This document shows positions 1-12,606 of a DNA stretch of 64,000 nt, piece by piece; the stretch's first letter is position 1, and each line of letters starts with the position of its first letter. The position numbers and the translations under genes were made by a program. Source of the DNA: Botryllus schlosseri (Eukaryota); NCBI GenBank assembly GCA_051294905.1, contig CM119371.1, positions 13,022,001-13,086,000 of the forward strand, given 5' to 3'. The notes beneath the pieces were generated by a model. It was not told the origin of the DNA. It saw only the letters and a list, made by a program, of their open reading frames with translations, and ran no database searches.

Positions 1-423
1 TACTGCACGGAGCTGTCAGCTACACTAAGCACGTACAACGATGACCTTGCGGTGTAGGATAGCCAGGATGTAGATGGTGACGTAATGATAAGCGTCATGA
101 AGACGAGTTGCTTTTGTTGAGAATAGTAAGCTAAAAACTTGTGCTGATTTTATTAGTAAAGAATTTGTACATGATGAATTTATAAAAAAAATTGTCGGCA
201 CTGTACTTTAATTATCAAGTCCATTCGAAATGTTAGGTTACATCTTTCAAAAATATAAGGATTGTGTCTCTTTCACATCGCATTTTCCAAAAGACAAGCA
301 TCATATCCATCGCTTCACCAGCATTGGCCTTCAGTATTAACATTATTCTCTCATGCATGACCTTGCCTCTGAGAGTTTCTTATTGGTGCAGATTGTGACG
401 TAACTTCCATTTTTATTTTGCAG

Positions 424-579
424 GATTCCAATCTATCGTTCAAACGGGTTCATGCTGTAGCAGTCGTTGCATTTCTTGGAATACTTTTTGATGCTGAATT
501 TATCAAATTTGAAGCACAAATACAACTGTTGGCCGAGCAGGATGATTTGCAGAAGTTATCTGAGTGTAAATTAAACAAG
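424..579 (+). CDS. Gene 1 internal exon (upstream exons lie before the window); DSNLSFKRV...LSECKLNK
   Basis: Acceptor ttttattttgcag, donor AAG|gtatta, 156 nt open frame, phase 0-0; joins in frame to the exon at 2547. Confidence 0.7.
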
Positions 580-2546
580 GTATTAGATACATTTCCTATT
601 ATATTATTGTAAAATATTTCCTGATATTGTTCAATTTGCATGATACTTTTAGACAAATTTCAGCCGTTATCGAATTTGAACTTGGAGTTGAGACAAAAAC
701 TTCCATTCTCAATTTCTACTCTACTTGCATCTCTAGTATTGCGAGTCGAGTCACGATGGTACGTAGATGTCGTGAAAGTAGTCAGCCTTGCTAACCGTGA
801 AGAAGTAGAAGAAATGTTTTAATTTTATATGCAATTGTATGTAAATAATAGATGTGTCCACGATGGGTTGAAACTACTTCAAGTGGAGGTAGAAAGTGAC
901 AAGTTTGAAAAGTACCTTGATAAGTACTTGAGTTTCGAAAAGTAGTTTTAGTCGATCGTTCGTAAGTGTTTAGTGATTTATCGCTAGCGCTTACTTTGTA
1001 AATTACGAGATGAGTCTCTGCGACTAACTAAAAATGATTATTATTGCAAATTTGTATAATCTTGGAAATTAGATTCAACAGTTACCATGATGTCACTTGT
1101 GATTTCTTAAGACGGTTTCACACATCACAGTGATTCAAACGCAACACAAAACTACTTTCTATTTCTCAAAATCCAATCTGTGAAAAGTAAGTAATTTTGT
1201 GTGAAAGTAGTCTAAAATCATGTCATATTCTTATGTATAAAAATTGTTAGACATGATATATTTCTGTCCTAAGGAAATAGAATGCACTAGGCACGATTTT
1301 GACATAAATCTCCTGACTGAGCATCATCCGTTGAACGCGGTATCTAAACCACCTTGACGTCTGCGACATATATCCTTCATAACATTGGCTGACAACTAAA
1401 TAAAGTTTGATCTCTGCATGACTGCTGGAGCGTGAAGGTCCTGTGAAAATTTCGATAAATTGCTGATCCATTACCGCGGCGTTCTGAAGAAAATGGCTGC
1501 GGCCAAATTTTTATTTTCGTTTTTCCCTTCAATTTGAGACCATATCATTTTTAGAGTGCTGTGCCCCTTTCAGGCACAATTTTGCATCAATTTCATAAGT
1601 GAAATCATTATTTTAACCACATATTTTTAAGAAGTAGAAGCCGATCATCTCGTAATATGCGCTCAGGCATTGGCGTAGTCTGAGGTGAAAAGCAACAATG
1701 CTTGCTCCAAGTCTAGGTTTCGAAAGCAGGTGGATGATATTTAAAATAGCGTATGCTTCTGTCCGTGCCAGTTTTATGCAGGTTCCAATATGTTTTACTC
1801 TTCGGGTAAATTTCAACCTTGGCGTAAACATAAGAGACATCGTTACATAGGCTATCCAGCGTTCCTTACAACATTTATCTAGAGGTGGTCAGTAACGAAG
1901 TACTTCCACTTGTCGTAGTACTTCAGGTACATTTATTCTACTTGTCCTACGTACTCAAGTGGTTATAAGATTTCATGCTACTTCTATTTGGCAGTTTTCA
2001 TTTTTACGCGAAACTAGGCCTGCAATAATTATATTTTACATAGTTGTATATCGCTACTTTCACTTCTACTTGAGCACCGACGGTTACTAGTTTGACCACC
2101 ACCTTCTATATCATACGTTTGTACAATGGATAGAATATACATAAGTATATTTGTAAAGGATATCAAACTCTGGAATGAGACTGAAACCGATGTAGCATAT
2201 GTATTATGAAGTAACGAAGAATTCTATTGAATCAGTATTGAACTTTACCTATATGAATATTTATTCAAATGGGAGAACATCGAGGCAATTACGTCATATT
2301 ACCTATTGAAATCAATATTGTGTTCAGATAAGCAAGATCCTGCTCGATTGCACAAAAGATGAAGAAAACATCGATTGGTCGTTGATTAGGACTTGCTGGA
2401 ATAAGTATCAAGTATGATTCCTGATTCTATTCTCAAAGCATTTTTCAACGCATTTATATTTACCTATCATTTTATATGATTTCGAACCTAATCATCTCTT
2501 CTGCGGCTATCTTAAAGTCTGGGAATAACTGTTTTTCGCATTTTAG

Positions 2547-2714
2547 TTGGATCGCTTGGATATTGCCGTGAATGGCCTGATACCTGACCAGGATTACAGT
2601 CGAATTTTGGAGCGCAGGACAGCAATTTCCGTTTTTGGCAATATCCATGCCATGTTTTACGTTGAGAAAGCGGATGAATTCAGGAAGACGTTAGAAGCTT
2701 GTCAGCAAAAGAAG
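2547..2714 (+). CDS. Gene 1 internal exon; LDRLDIAVN...EACQQKK
   Basis: Acceptor tttttcgcattttag, donor AAG|gtagta, 168 nt, phase 0-0, open frame. Confidence 0.7.
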
Positions 2715-4505
2715 GTAGTACTTATCATCCAGTATTAGTTGCATTGGATATATTGAACGTTCTTCTCCCACCATCACACGTTTAACATTGAATTCTGTCG
2801 CACAGTACGAGTCCCCTCAACATGAATTAAGTTATAGTCCATACCCGAGATAACCACCGTAGTTGCGGAGTTCGTGATTCCTGGTAATTTGTTCATCTAA
2901 AGCAGGGGTGTCAAACTCAACTGACGTCGCGGGTAAGAGTCAAACTTTATGAGCACTCGCGGGCCGGACCAGTCAAATTATTTCAAAATATTTCCTTACA
3001 ATCCATGCCGTTGGTTTTCACTCGAATACTTGATTATAAAGCTTATACGCATTATAATAATCAATTTATATCACGGTCATCTGGTTCTATTCCATCAATA
3101 CCTTTATTATTCGCAAACAATCGAATTGGCGAAATTACGATTAATGGCCGGACCGACGATATACGTTGGCGAATTGCTATGCCTGCTTTGTTTTAGTCGG
3201 AATCTGACAATCCTGTGCAAGCGTTGTGTGGAATACAAGCTATTTAACCGTAAATGTAGACGTTGACACTTGGTTCATCATTTTCACATCGTGATTCGGG
3301 TTTCTCCAGGAGCCAAGGAGATGTTGAGTCATAAGCGCAAAAGGAGTGCGACCACAGATATTTAAATTATATTTTGGTGTTATAATTATATTATCCACTT
3401 CTGCAATAACTGCTTTGTGGTCCGTTTTTGCATGAAACTTTGAACTCACTGAGCACTTTTTTGCCTTCTCTGAAGTGAGTGTCAATTAGGGTTACCATAT
3501 TTGGGAATCTGAAAAGAGGTCACCTTTCGAAAAAAATTGAGACTTGCAATACAGGAGTGAAAATTGAAAAAAATTGGCAAATTTATTCCAAGTTTGTAGT
3601 TGGTTGAGTGAAAAAAGGTCACCTTTCTAGCTCAACTCCTGAAAGACCTGCCGGAGCGTTACTTCAGTACTTAATTCAAATTTCTCAGTTGAATTTTCAC
3701 ATACATTTTACCAAAATTTTCAAAAAAGAGGACAAATCTCAAAAAGAGGTTATTTGAGCGTGCTAAAAGGTTGCACACCAAATTCGATTCAATTCCAACC
3801 AGTAGAAGCCGAGGTCACTCCAATTTATATTTCGGTCCTTTTTGAAATAATAGTATTTACGTTGACCAATTTCGTCACACCGACATGACCAAAAATCGTG
3901 TTTCAGGTATGCCCGAAGTGGCAGAGAGGTCTCTTTCATTTGTTTTGATCTTGACAAGGTCTTAGGGTGGAGTTTGAAGACATCGCCAGCGAACGAAAAA
4001 AATAGTCATCAAGTGATAGTCATATCTAGAAGTATTTTTTGTCGGACAAATTTAGATTTCACGAAATCTATTTCAGTTATGCAGGGCATACTCTCTGCCT
4101 TGATTCAAAGTTTTTACTGATTGCAAAGTCGCCATTCCCAAAACCTCATCCACAGTGACATCAGTTGCATTCCTCAGCAGCTCAGTGTTCGAATATTTCT
4201 CTGCTGTTTGACATTGACTGATCGAGGGCATTAAAAATAGTACTGATTGTAGTTCAGAATGGGCTATGCCACTGGATAGTATTTCTGACTTAAAAAACAT
4301 ATCTGATAATTCACATATGCGAGATTCTGGGAAACCAAATGGTAACCCAGTGAGCTTATAAAGCACATCAGTCATTTTCTAGTCCTCCAATATCACCAGG
4401 ACCCCCTTGTCATAGAGTTATAAAAGGCATTAGTGTTTTACCACGATATATGGATACAAATAGATTATAGTAACAGAATATGAAGGAGGAGGATGACATG
4501 AATAG

Positions 4506-5019
4506 TAGGCTTACCATACGTCCTCTTTTAAGAGGATTTGTCCTCTTTTTTGACTTTTTTGAAAGTGTCCCCGGAGGACGCCCTTTTGTCCGCTTTTTTG
4601 AGATTTTGTCATCTTTTTTTAGGATTTAGAGCAGATTTAGAGAAAAATGCGAGTGATATGCCACATAATAGCACTGAAATGAAGCTCCGACGGGTGAAAA
4701 ACGGTGATTTTAGCTCTGGGCGAAAAGATGACCTTTTTTTTTTTTTTTTTAGTCATCCACCTGACGATGCGGAGTAAAAAATGTTATTTTGGCATCTGAG
4801 CGGATAAGATGACCTTTTTTTTTTTTTTAGTCATCCACCTGACGATGCGGAGTAAAAAATGTTATTTTGGTATCTGAGCGGATAAGATGACCTTTTTTTT
4901 TCAACCGATCACAAAGTGGGAAAAATTAACCGATATTTGAGAATTTCACTCCGGTTTTGCAAGTGGCAAATTTCTGAAAAAGTGTCCTCTTTTTTGATTT
5001 CCAAAATATGGTAAGCCTA
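4506..5019. mobile_element. hAT MITE, TAGGCTTACCATA family
   Basis: Perfect 13-bp TIR TAGGCTTACCATA; TSD ATGAATAG both sides; internal tandem duplication of about 85 bp. Confidence 0.9.
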
Positions 5020-5245
5020 ATGAATAGAGGACGATAACTTTTGATAGGAAGAAGATCTGTCACGATGACCGTAAGTCTTATAATTCGCCTGCGATAGTAC
5101 TGTAGGAGTGGTGCAGAGCAAGTAACAAAATATCATATAATATCAAATTTTATCGTGAAGAAATTTACATTGGACTGACCAACAATGTAGATCACTTGAG
5201 AAATATATTTACTTGGATTTAACCTGCTTGACAGTTCATTTTCAC

Positions 5246-5267
5246 ATGTTTCGCTTCGGCGGTACAC

Positions 5268-5298
<31 letters not shown>

Positions 5299-5305
5299 GG
5301 CATGG
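5246..5305 (+). pseudogene. U6: U6 snRNA 5' fragment (3'-truncated pseudogene)
   Basis: TCGCTTCGGCGGTACACATACTAAAATTGGAACGATACAGAGAAGATTGGCATGG matches the first about 60 nt of metazoan U6 including the ACAGAGA box; the 3' half and T-tract are absent. Confidence 0.9.
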
Positions 5306-6197
5306 ACCGACTAACAATATAGATCACTTTGGAAATATATGTTCCTGGACTTTACTCACTTGTCAGTTCATTTTCTTTTCGTGGTCGTTAATTTCAGATC
5401 GTAAAGTAGACCTTCTCTATTTGAAAATTATCTCGCCATCGTTTTGGCATGTCTATTTCAATGAAGTGGACCAATTTCCAGGTAGTCCATGTCATAGTAT
5501 TTTTTCTGTTTACTGGCGATGTCTTCATCCAAACCCCACCCTAGGCCCCTATCAAGATCAAAACAAGTGAGAAAGACATCCCTGCCATATCGGGCATACC
5601 TGGAACACGATTTTTGGCCTTTTCGGTGTGACGAATTTAGTCACCGTAATTATTACTGTTTCAAAAATGACCGAAATTTCAATTTGAGTGACCTTGGCTT
5701 CTACAGGTGGGAATTGAGTCAAATTTGGTGTGCAGCAAATATTTAGGCAACCTGGTGATTTGAAAACTAGGCCGATGGAATTTTTCCAAATAAAGTTTTT
5801 TTAGCACCCCTAGTGCTTCTATAACACTTTCAAAAACCCAGAAAAGAGGACGTATGGTAACACTAGTGTCAATGGCAGTGACTTGTTGCTGACGGTGACT
5901 ACAGTGTAACCTCAACAGCACGGTCGGATGGTTATAATTTGACCTGAACCGAAAATGCTCGACATTTTCTATCTTGAGAGAATGGAAATGTTTACTACTA
6001 GAAATCTCAACATGTATTAGAAATGTGCCGGATAATACGGACATTTCTTCAGAATCGCCTAACGGGCCAGACTAAAACATCCAAACTGGTGATCCAAAGT
6101 ATATTGTAATACATGATGGCCCCTGGTGACATGGTCAACAATAGTGGTAAGCATCATTGTAACTCACAATATTAATAGTCATAATTTCTCACTGCAG

Positions 6198-6393
6198 ATC
6201 GAATATATCCGATGCATATTCAACTTTCAATGTGGGGCTTCACTCGATGACATTTCGTCTCTCGTCAACAACTCCAACTTAAAGAAAGTAACATTGATAT
6301 ATGTGTGGGGACAAGATATGTTTAAAGGAGATGAATTGCAGAAAGTCCAGAAGATTGCAAATGATCTCGATACTGAGTTGGAAGTTTTAAAAT
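6198..6393 (+). CDS. Gene 1 internal exon; IEYIRCIFN...TELEVLK
   Basis: Acceptor tttctcactgcag, consensus donor gtgagt at 6394, phase 0-1; read-through of the donor stops at TAG 6402-6404. Confidence 0.7.
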
Positions 6394-8286
6394 GTGAGTC
6401 ATAGTTTGGTTGCATCGTATCTTAGACACGTTTTATTAGGTATATTAAATAAGCGCGATCGCTTTGAATGAAATGGTCAATTCAAGTCCAATTCGTTAGT
6501 AACGCTAGAAATCATGGGGCTTTAGTTTCATGCATGACATAGTGCCGTTATCGAGGTTATATATAACGCACAGTATTCATGAAATTTAGTTTCAATCGAT
6601 ATCCCATCCTTAATACGATTAATTGTTGTAGGAAATTCAGCCTTGGTCTCTCACACGTTGCTGATTGTGAGCTTGCATATCAATTTCAAAGCAATACATC
6701 GTTAAAGTGCGTCAAAATCTACTTTTAATTGACTATGTCGAGTATGCAAAAATTAGTATAAACCAAAAAAAAATTGTTGATGTAGAGGTAGTATACGAAC
6801 CAAACTACTTGAGTAAGCGAAACAAGTATATAATATAAGTACTACAGAAAAGCACAACTACTTCGCTGCTGATAGTACTGCTACCATTATGGGGCGTGGT
6901 AAAGATATGCCTAGCTTGATAAGGGGACGATGAGTCAAAGAAACTTGTAAACCACTTTCATATACTTTGGAACATATTTAATACTTCATGTAGCTTATTT
7001 ACCACATCTGGTGACCAAGCAGACTCTTATCTGTTCTGAGAGTTGCTAACACGAGTTCATGAATGATTAGAGGTAGACAAACTACAGTCACGCAGAACGA
7101 TAAATAGCGCCATATGCTGCTGCTGATATACAAGTAGAAGTAGCAATTTCCAAGAAATAACAAATTGACTTGAGGTGGAAGTAGAAAATGTATCATTCTG
7201 AAATGGGGTGAAATAAGTAGTTTCAAAAAGTAGATTTGGTCGAAGGGCCGCATACTTTTAGCAGTTTATGGGAGATATCTACTTTCGAAATTGCAAGATA
7301 TGTCTTCGCGGCTAATGCAAAATGACTAATGACACTGCAAGTGACTGGAATCTTTGAAAATATGTGCATGCAGTCACCGTGATACATGGGCTATTTGAGG
7401 TGGCTCCTATAAGAATTTCACTGAAATCCATGACGAATACGCAGCTAGGAACAACTTGATACTTTCAAAATCAATATTGTATAAAGTAAGTAGTTTTGAC
7501 TAACAAATGTAACAAGAAGTAGAAAGAGAAGTGGTCTAAAATGACAACGCCTTGATTAAGCGATGCAAGTAGACAGCACTACTTGAGTAGTCTGATAAAG
7601 TAGAGTTGTTTCGTTACTGACCACCTCTCTGCAGGATTCGTGGTTTTATGTCATACAGCATGCCACTTTTTATATTGGCGTTGATACGAATCATTTCATC
7701 ATTCATGTGCATTGTGCATTCTTTTACGTGGAACTGAATTATAATCAACAACATTGCATTAATTCCGAAATCGTTTTGTCCAACCTAATCAAGTACTATA
7801 AATCTTAAAATAGCATTCGTGATGACTTTGTTCGATTTATCTGTGATACGAAAACGAATATGCGAGTTCATATTCGTTCTGTGAAAGTATCTCACAGAAC
7901 ATGGAACCGGTGCGAATATATATCGAATATAAATTTAGTGATTTGAATCGATTGACAATACGTAAATAATTAGCTGCGTATTGCAGGGAATGTTTTTCAA
8001 ATGGATTAGAGTTACTTTAATTCATTCCCATATCTAATTGGATCAGATATACGTAATATACATTCTACTGTCGGGGCATCATATTGTGTGTGATTTCTCA
8101 TTTCACTGCCCACTGACATAACTATAACACATTAAAACGACACTGCGCTCTAAATATAATGTTGTCTTTGAAAGCCACCGCTTTTGGACGGAAACTATAA
8201 CAAATAATTTCAAGATTTTACGAATCCACTCTATACATCTCTATGGTATTGAGGTCACGCGTCATCTCTTTTGCCTGGCTTTAGAT

Positions 8287-8646
8287 CAGTGGTTCCCGAC
8301 CTTTTTCGACTCAACGCCCCAATTTCAAGCACCACAGCGATCATCGCCGCCCCAAAAAAATTTTGTGAACTGAAAAATGGGCATATAAACTGTAATCACC
8401 GGCGGGTTGAATAAAAAAATAAACTTTTCGGCTCCATATCGAAGTTTTACACTTTTGCAGCTGAATTTTACTAAAAAAAAGTCATTTCTCCGACTTGACT
8501 CCAATATAGCCGTTTTAATGCGCCATCGCCCCACTATCGTCCCCTTCGCTATTTTCGCCCCCGTTGTCCATTTTCGCCCCCCCAATCGCCTCCTTCGTCA
8601 TTTTCGCCCCCCTAGACCACGAAATAGCTCACGTTTAGAACCACTA
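8287..8646. mobile_element. hAT (Buster/Charlie-type) MITE
   Basis: Ends CAGTGGTTC / GAACCACTA; TSD CTTTAGAT both sides. Confidence 0.85.
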
Positions 8647-9029
8647 CTTTAGATAATGGTTTATGATTCATTCGAAGATGGATTTTCATCCGTACTTTGA
8701 CATAGAATTTCACGTAACTTTCATTTTCATGCGACTTTTTGATCAAGTTTCTGCCATTACCGGATTGGACGTGGATATTAGAGCCCGACCGATATTGGAT
8801 TTCTGAGCCGATACCGATAAAACCGATATCCAATACCTCCACCGATAACCCCGATATATTCAGCCGATATTCAAAAGATATGAAATCTAGCTCAAGGCTC
8901 CTATTTAACACCTCAAGAGTATTTATTTCAACAACTTCACAGCCATTGCTATGCTTGAACATGAAATAAATGATCTAGGGGCTATAAAAATATATCAATA
9001 GTACCTGTCTAGTAGTTGCAGATTACAGT

Positions 9030-9374
9030 TCAGCACAATTTCTCGCCCCTTTGTCCCAGGAGTGAACTTCTGTTGTCTTCATAAATGATGTATATAGTGC
9101 TAAACACAGTGAGCAGTCTTTCACTTGGTACCATAGTTAGTGGCACAGCAAGAATTGGAAATCTTTCTTCATTTCGGTTTCACCGCTCCCTTGCAGGGAA
9201 TCTTTCCTTTAATGGTTTCACCAAGTATTGATATTCTTCTGGCAGTGCACCTGGAGCTTTCAGCACATCATTAACAAATAGCTGAAGAGAATGTGCAAAA
9301 CAACTCAAATTGTTCACGTCTGCTACTGTTCCACCCACCCCCTTGGGCCTTGACCATGACCAGCATTTCAACAA
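9030..9374 (-). pseudogene. hAT transposase remnant
   Basis: CxxH motif LSCFAHSLQLFVNDVLK followed, after a large deletion, by dimerisation-domain-like RFPILAVPLTMVPSERL...NRSSL. Confidence 0.8.
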
Positions 9375-9741
9375 TCAATTGATCAATATGTTACGCTCTT
9401 TTGTCAGAATTGGCCCATGTCATCATGGAATGAAACATTTCCGTATCAACTGTTGGCTTCACTCCACTTTTGCTTGATTTTCTTGCACTCTATGCTCGCA
9501 TATTTCCTATCATGGTATCCCTCAGGCCTCCGTCAGATAGATGACTTCATACATTACTGGTATATTTCGCTCTGTTGGTACCGGGCCTTGGCTTGTCAGC
9601 TTCTTGCACAGACACCACCAGCACTATCTACAGAAATTGTTTCGACGCGACGTTCTTCTCCATCATCCCGAGGGTCAGTGCAGCATGAATGATGTTCTCA
9701 TTTCTCTAATCGATTGAAATCTTCTGCAGACAACTATCCAT

Positions 9742-10168
9742 CAGAGATGAGCATGGATTAGGATTAGGTTTTGGAAAAACAGGATTTGTGAAATTTTGGT
9801 GGATTTGGATTGGATTTGGATTAGACATTTTTTCAGAACGGATAATGATTTGGATTGGATTTATCTATTTTCTGGGAGATTGAAATGTCGTGTGGCGAAT
9901 GGCGACAAACTTTATTCGGATCAGTAATTATTGTACTTATGGTTACTAGGTTACCTTGAATCAAGTGAATCGTTGGTTGTGAAAGAAAATTTTCGAATCC
10001 CTCTATTGCATAAATTAAGTTTTTTTTCTGAATTTCCAGTTGGAATCGGATTAGGATTGGACATAGACTTGAATATGAAAAAGTTATGGCTTAGGATTTG
10101 GATTTGGATTTGAAGGTTCGGATTTGGATTGGATTAGGACATAGAAATTTCAAATCCGCTCATCTCTG
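9742..10168. mobile_element. hAT MITE nested in the 8779-10491 element
   Basis: TIR CAGAGATGAGC; TSD CTATCCAT; GGATT(T) subterminal repeats. Confidence 0.9.
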
Positions 10169-10765
10169 CTATCCATCCAGCTGCTCTCTGCCATTGGCGA
10201 TCGATCAGTGCAGGGGATTCCCATGAATTCAGTGGGGCATAACGGTGGAAGTATATTTTCACACAAGCACGCAGACGGGCCTGTATGCACTATATGCAGC
10301 TTGGCCATTTATTTTTATCATTTACCGACAAGCAGTGAAGACCTCACGTCTTCTCTGACTCCCTAACACCATGTTGTGACGTCACGAAAATGGCCGATAT
10401 TTTTTTACCTCCAATGGCCGATACCGATATTTCTTTCCAAGTGTGATATCGACTCGATATCATCGGCGAGCCGATAATCGGTCGGGCTCTAGTGGATATG
10501 GACGCAAGACAAAATAAAATATGGATTTGTCCTTGGATTTGAATGTATCATCAGGAACAGGATTCGGATTGCAAATAGTAGATAAGCGCAAGTTCCATAC
10601 GCCTACTTACCATAACTAAACCACCGTGTATCGTAGGATACAATTCATTTATATTTTTTTGAATATTTCAACTCGCTTCAAGCCAAATGACAGAGCACAA
10701 TTCACAGGATGTATGCATCTTTTACTAACAAATATCTTGTATCTGTAAATTCTTTTTCATTTTAG

Positions 10766-10826
10766 TGCCATCATTCTCTTTCGTTGAAGATGCCTGGCAG
10801 AGACTCGACGTCGATTTTCGTTCGAG
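10766..10826 (+). CDS. Gene 1 small exon; (L)PSFSFVEDAWQRLDVDFRS(R)
   Basis: Acceptor tctttttcattttag, donor GAG|gtgagt, 61 nt, phase 1-2 matching the preceding exon. Confidence 0.65.
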
Positions 10827-11379
10827 GTGAGTAGATGTTGTGAAGTCTGACCGTTATAAAATGAGAGTTGAGATTTGTCCTTCCATTACATCGTCGATCC
10901 ATTCTCATGCACATCCGGTCTCAAACAACAGCTTAGAAATATTGTGACAAGTTCTGTATGATTATCAAATTAATATACAATAATATTTAATGTGATGTCG
11001 GATATTGACGTCATAACGTATGACACGCGGTACACCACACGTATTTTCGATAAAACTAACTTTGTATTTCCTGCAATAATATAACAGCGTTGTCATACAT
11101 CATTTTCGATCAAGTCGCAATAAACTTATCACATTATTCCTAGTTCAGCCAAAAAACTGAAAATTGTGAAGTATAAATAAAATTAGTCAGTATTAATAAA
11201 TGCTTCGGTAAGTAGTGAAAGTGGGCAAAGCGTATGCTTGTACTTTGAAAAAGTAGAATTAGTTGGTTACTTTCCACCTCCTCCAATGTGCAATAATAAA
11301 GTTGATCTTCAGCAGTAATGAGTCACTTCAATTCATGATTGCTTGCTGCGTTCAGACCATGCAGATCTCATTTTCTTAG

Positions 11380-11453
11380 GAGAAATATTTGTTGTATTAT
11401 AAAACTGAGATTTGATGAGATACCCGAACAACTTATATGTCAATACGTCGTAG
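11380..11453 (+). CDS. Gene 1 probable small exon; RNICCIIKLRFDEIPEQLICQYVV
   Basis: Acceptor ctcattttcttag, weaker donor TAG|gtcgag; 74 nt phase 2-1 exactly bridges the neighbouring exons. Confidence 0.5.
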
Positions 11454-11789
11454 GTCGAGAATTAATGTGTCTGGATTGTTTAGCTGCTGGGGGTGAAATA
11501 AATATAGTTATTGGTCGTAATATGTTGTCAGATAATTTTTAAAGAGACTATCGAAATATTCATAGATTAAACTCGAACAGAAGTTGGAGTGATCCCGTTC
11601 ATTTTTTGCTCGGGTGCATGTAGCAATAGTGTAAATGAAAGTTTGAAAAGTACTGGAGTATGTGCATTTCAAATATTATTACTGGGACTGGTTGTCGAAC
11701 ACTTTTATTAGGTAATCGTAAGTGATAACCTACAGGATTTCAGATTAATTTCCGGTCAGACTCGGTCATCCAGATTCTAGAAGATTTCC

Positions 11790-12290
11790 TGCTCTTGCAA
11801 TCTGATTAGAACTAGAATTACAGTTACAAATATTTTCAACATATTGTAGAATTAGAATTGACGTTACTCAGTTATTTTCAAATTATAGTAGAATTATAAT
11901 TATCATGTCATTTTTTTCAAAATACAAAGAAACTATATAGTAATAGCTAGACATTTTTCCAAATTCAGTCGAATTAGAGTTGAATCCGCAAAAACTAGGT
12001 CGTAGAATCCAGTTCCGTTACTATCAAATTATGGTTCATCCTCATGCGCATGATATAATAGCAAATCTCTGTACAACAAGCTTGGCTCGTTTCGCACTAT
12101 ACAGTTTTCTCAGTAGCATTCACAGGAAAACCAGAGATAGAGTTTCAATTAAAATGAGGACATATCAAAATTTCACAAATTAGGTTAGAATTATAGAGCA
12201 GAGAATCATTTCACAAAATACATTTAAATTAGATTACCGGCCTTTCGCTGGAAGTAATCTAATTAGACAACTAGAATTGTCTAATTGTCT
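11790..12290 (-). repeat. Degenerate inverted relative of the 80-bp satellite
   Basis: Repeated tagaatta / tttcacaaatta motifs; ctaattagacaactagaattg near 12260-12280 is reverse-complementary to the start of the array near 38360. Confidence 0.5.
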
Positions 12291-12328
12291 AATAATGATA
12301 GTAGTGCGCTCATCGTCACCTATTTTAG

Positions 12329-12453
12329 GCTACCTTGAAGAAGAAACGTTCGTCCCTAGTTTTGATGAATTTTCCACTCGTACAGATGAGCCTAGTGGCA
12401 ATAAAAATATTATTTCCATCAAACAAACTGTTGAGCTACTTCTTAAAGTGTAA
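12329..12453 (+). CDS. Gene 1 probable terminal exon; (G)YLEEETFVPSF...VELLLKV*
   Basis: Acceptor cctattttag, phase 1 frame open for 40 codons to TAA; AATAAA about 150 nt downstream. Confidence 0.55.
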
Positions 12454-12606
12454 TTGATACTCGACATTATTCACTGCACCGCAATTTCTCTAATTGAAAT
12501 GTAAACTGTGAGAGATGTCGTCTAGCAAGTACCACGCCCCATCCAATACCACTACCTAAGATATACGATGTGTTGCCTACAGGATTTTCATGAAATGGGA
12601 GTATAT

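Larger units (their letters stand above)
3765..5745. mobile_element. Nested element with about 250-bp imperfect terminal inverted repeats
   Basis: About 3765-4010 is the diverged reverse complement of about 5490-5745, which explains the mirror-image ORFs 3763-3957(-) and 5519-5746(+); TSD not resolved. Confidence 0.65.
3487..5865. mobile_element. Non-autonomous hAT element hosting nested insertions
   Basis: TIR TAGGGTTACCATA / TATGGTAACACTA; perfect 8-bp TSD GTGTCAAT (3479-3486, 5866-5873). Confidence 0.85.
8779..10491 (-). mobile_element. Internally deleted hAT transposon
   Basis: Perfect TIR TAGAGCCCGACCGAT; TSD GTGGATAT; CCGATA subterminal repeats; transposase remnants on the minus strand. 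Confidence 0.9.

Noticed and set aside
640..2110. Discrete AGTAG/CTACTT-rich MITEs (also about 6700-7630 and 11200-11290)
   Set aside because: Probably old hAT MITE debris, but boundaries and TSDs could not be fixed
4538..4777. Paralogous small proteins at 4538 and 56275
   Set aside because: Translations of the same non-coding MITE family
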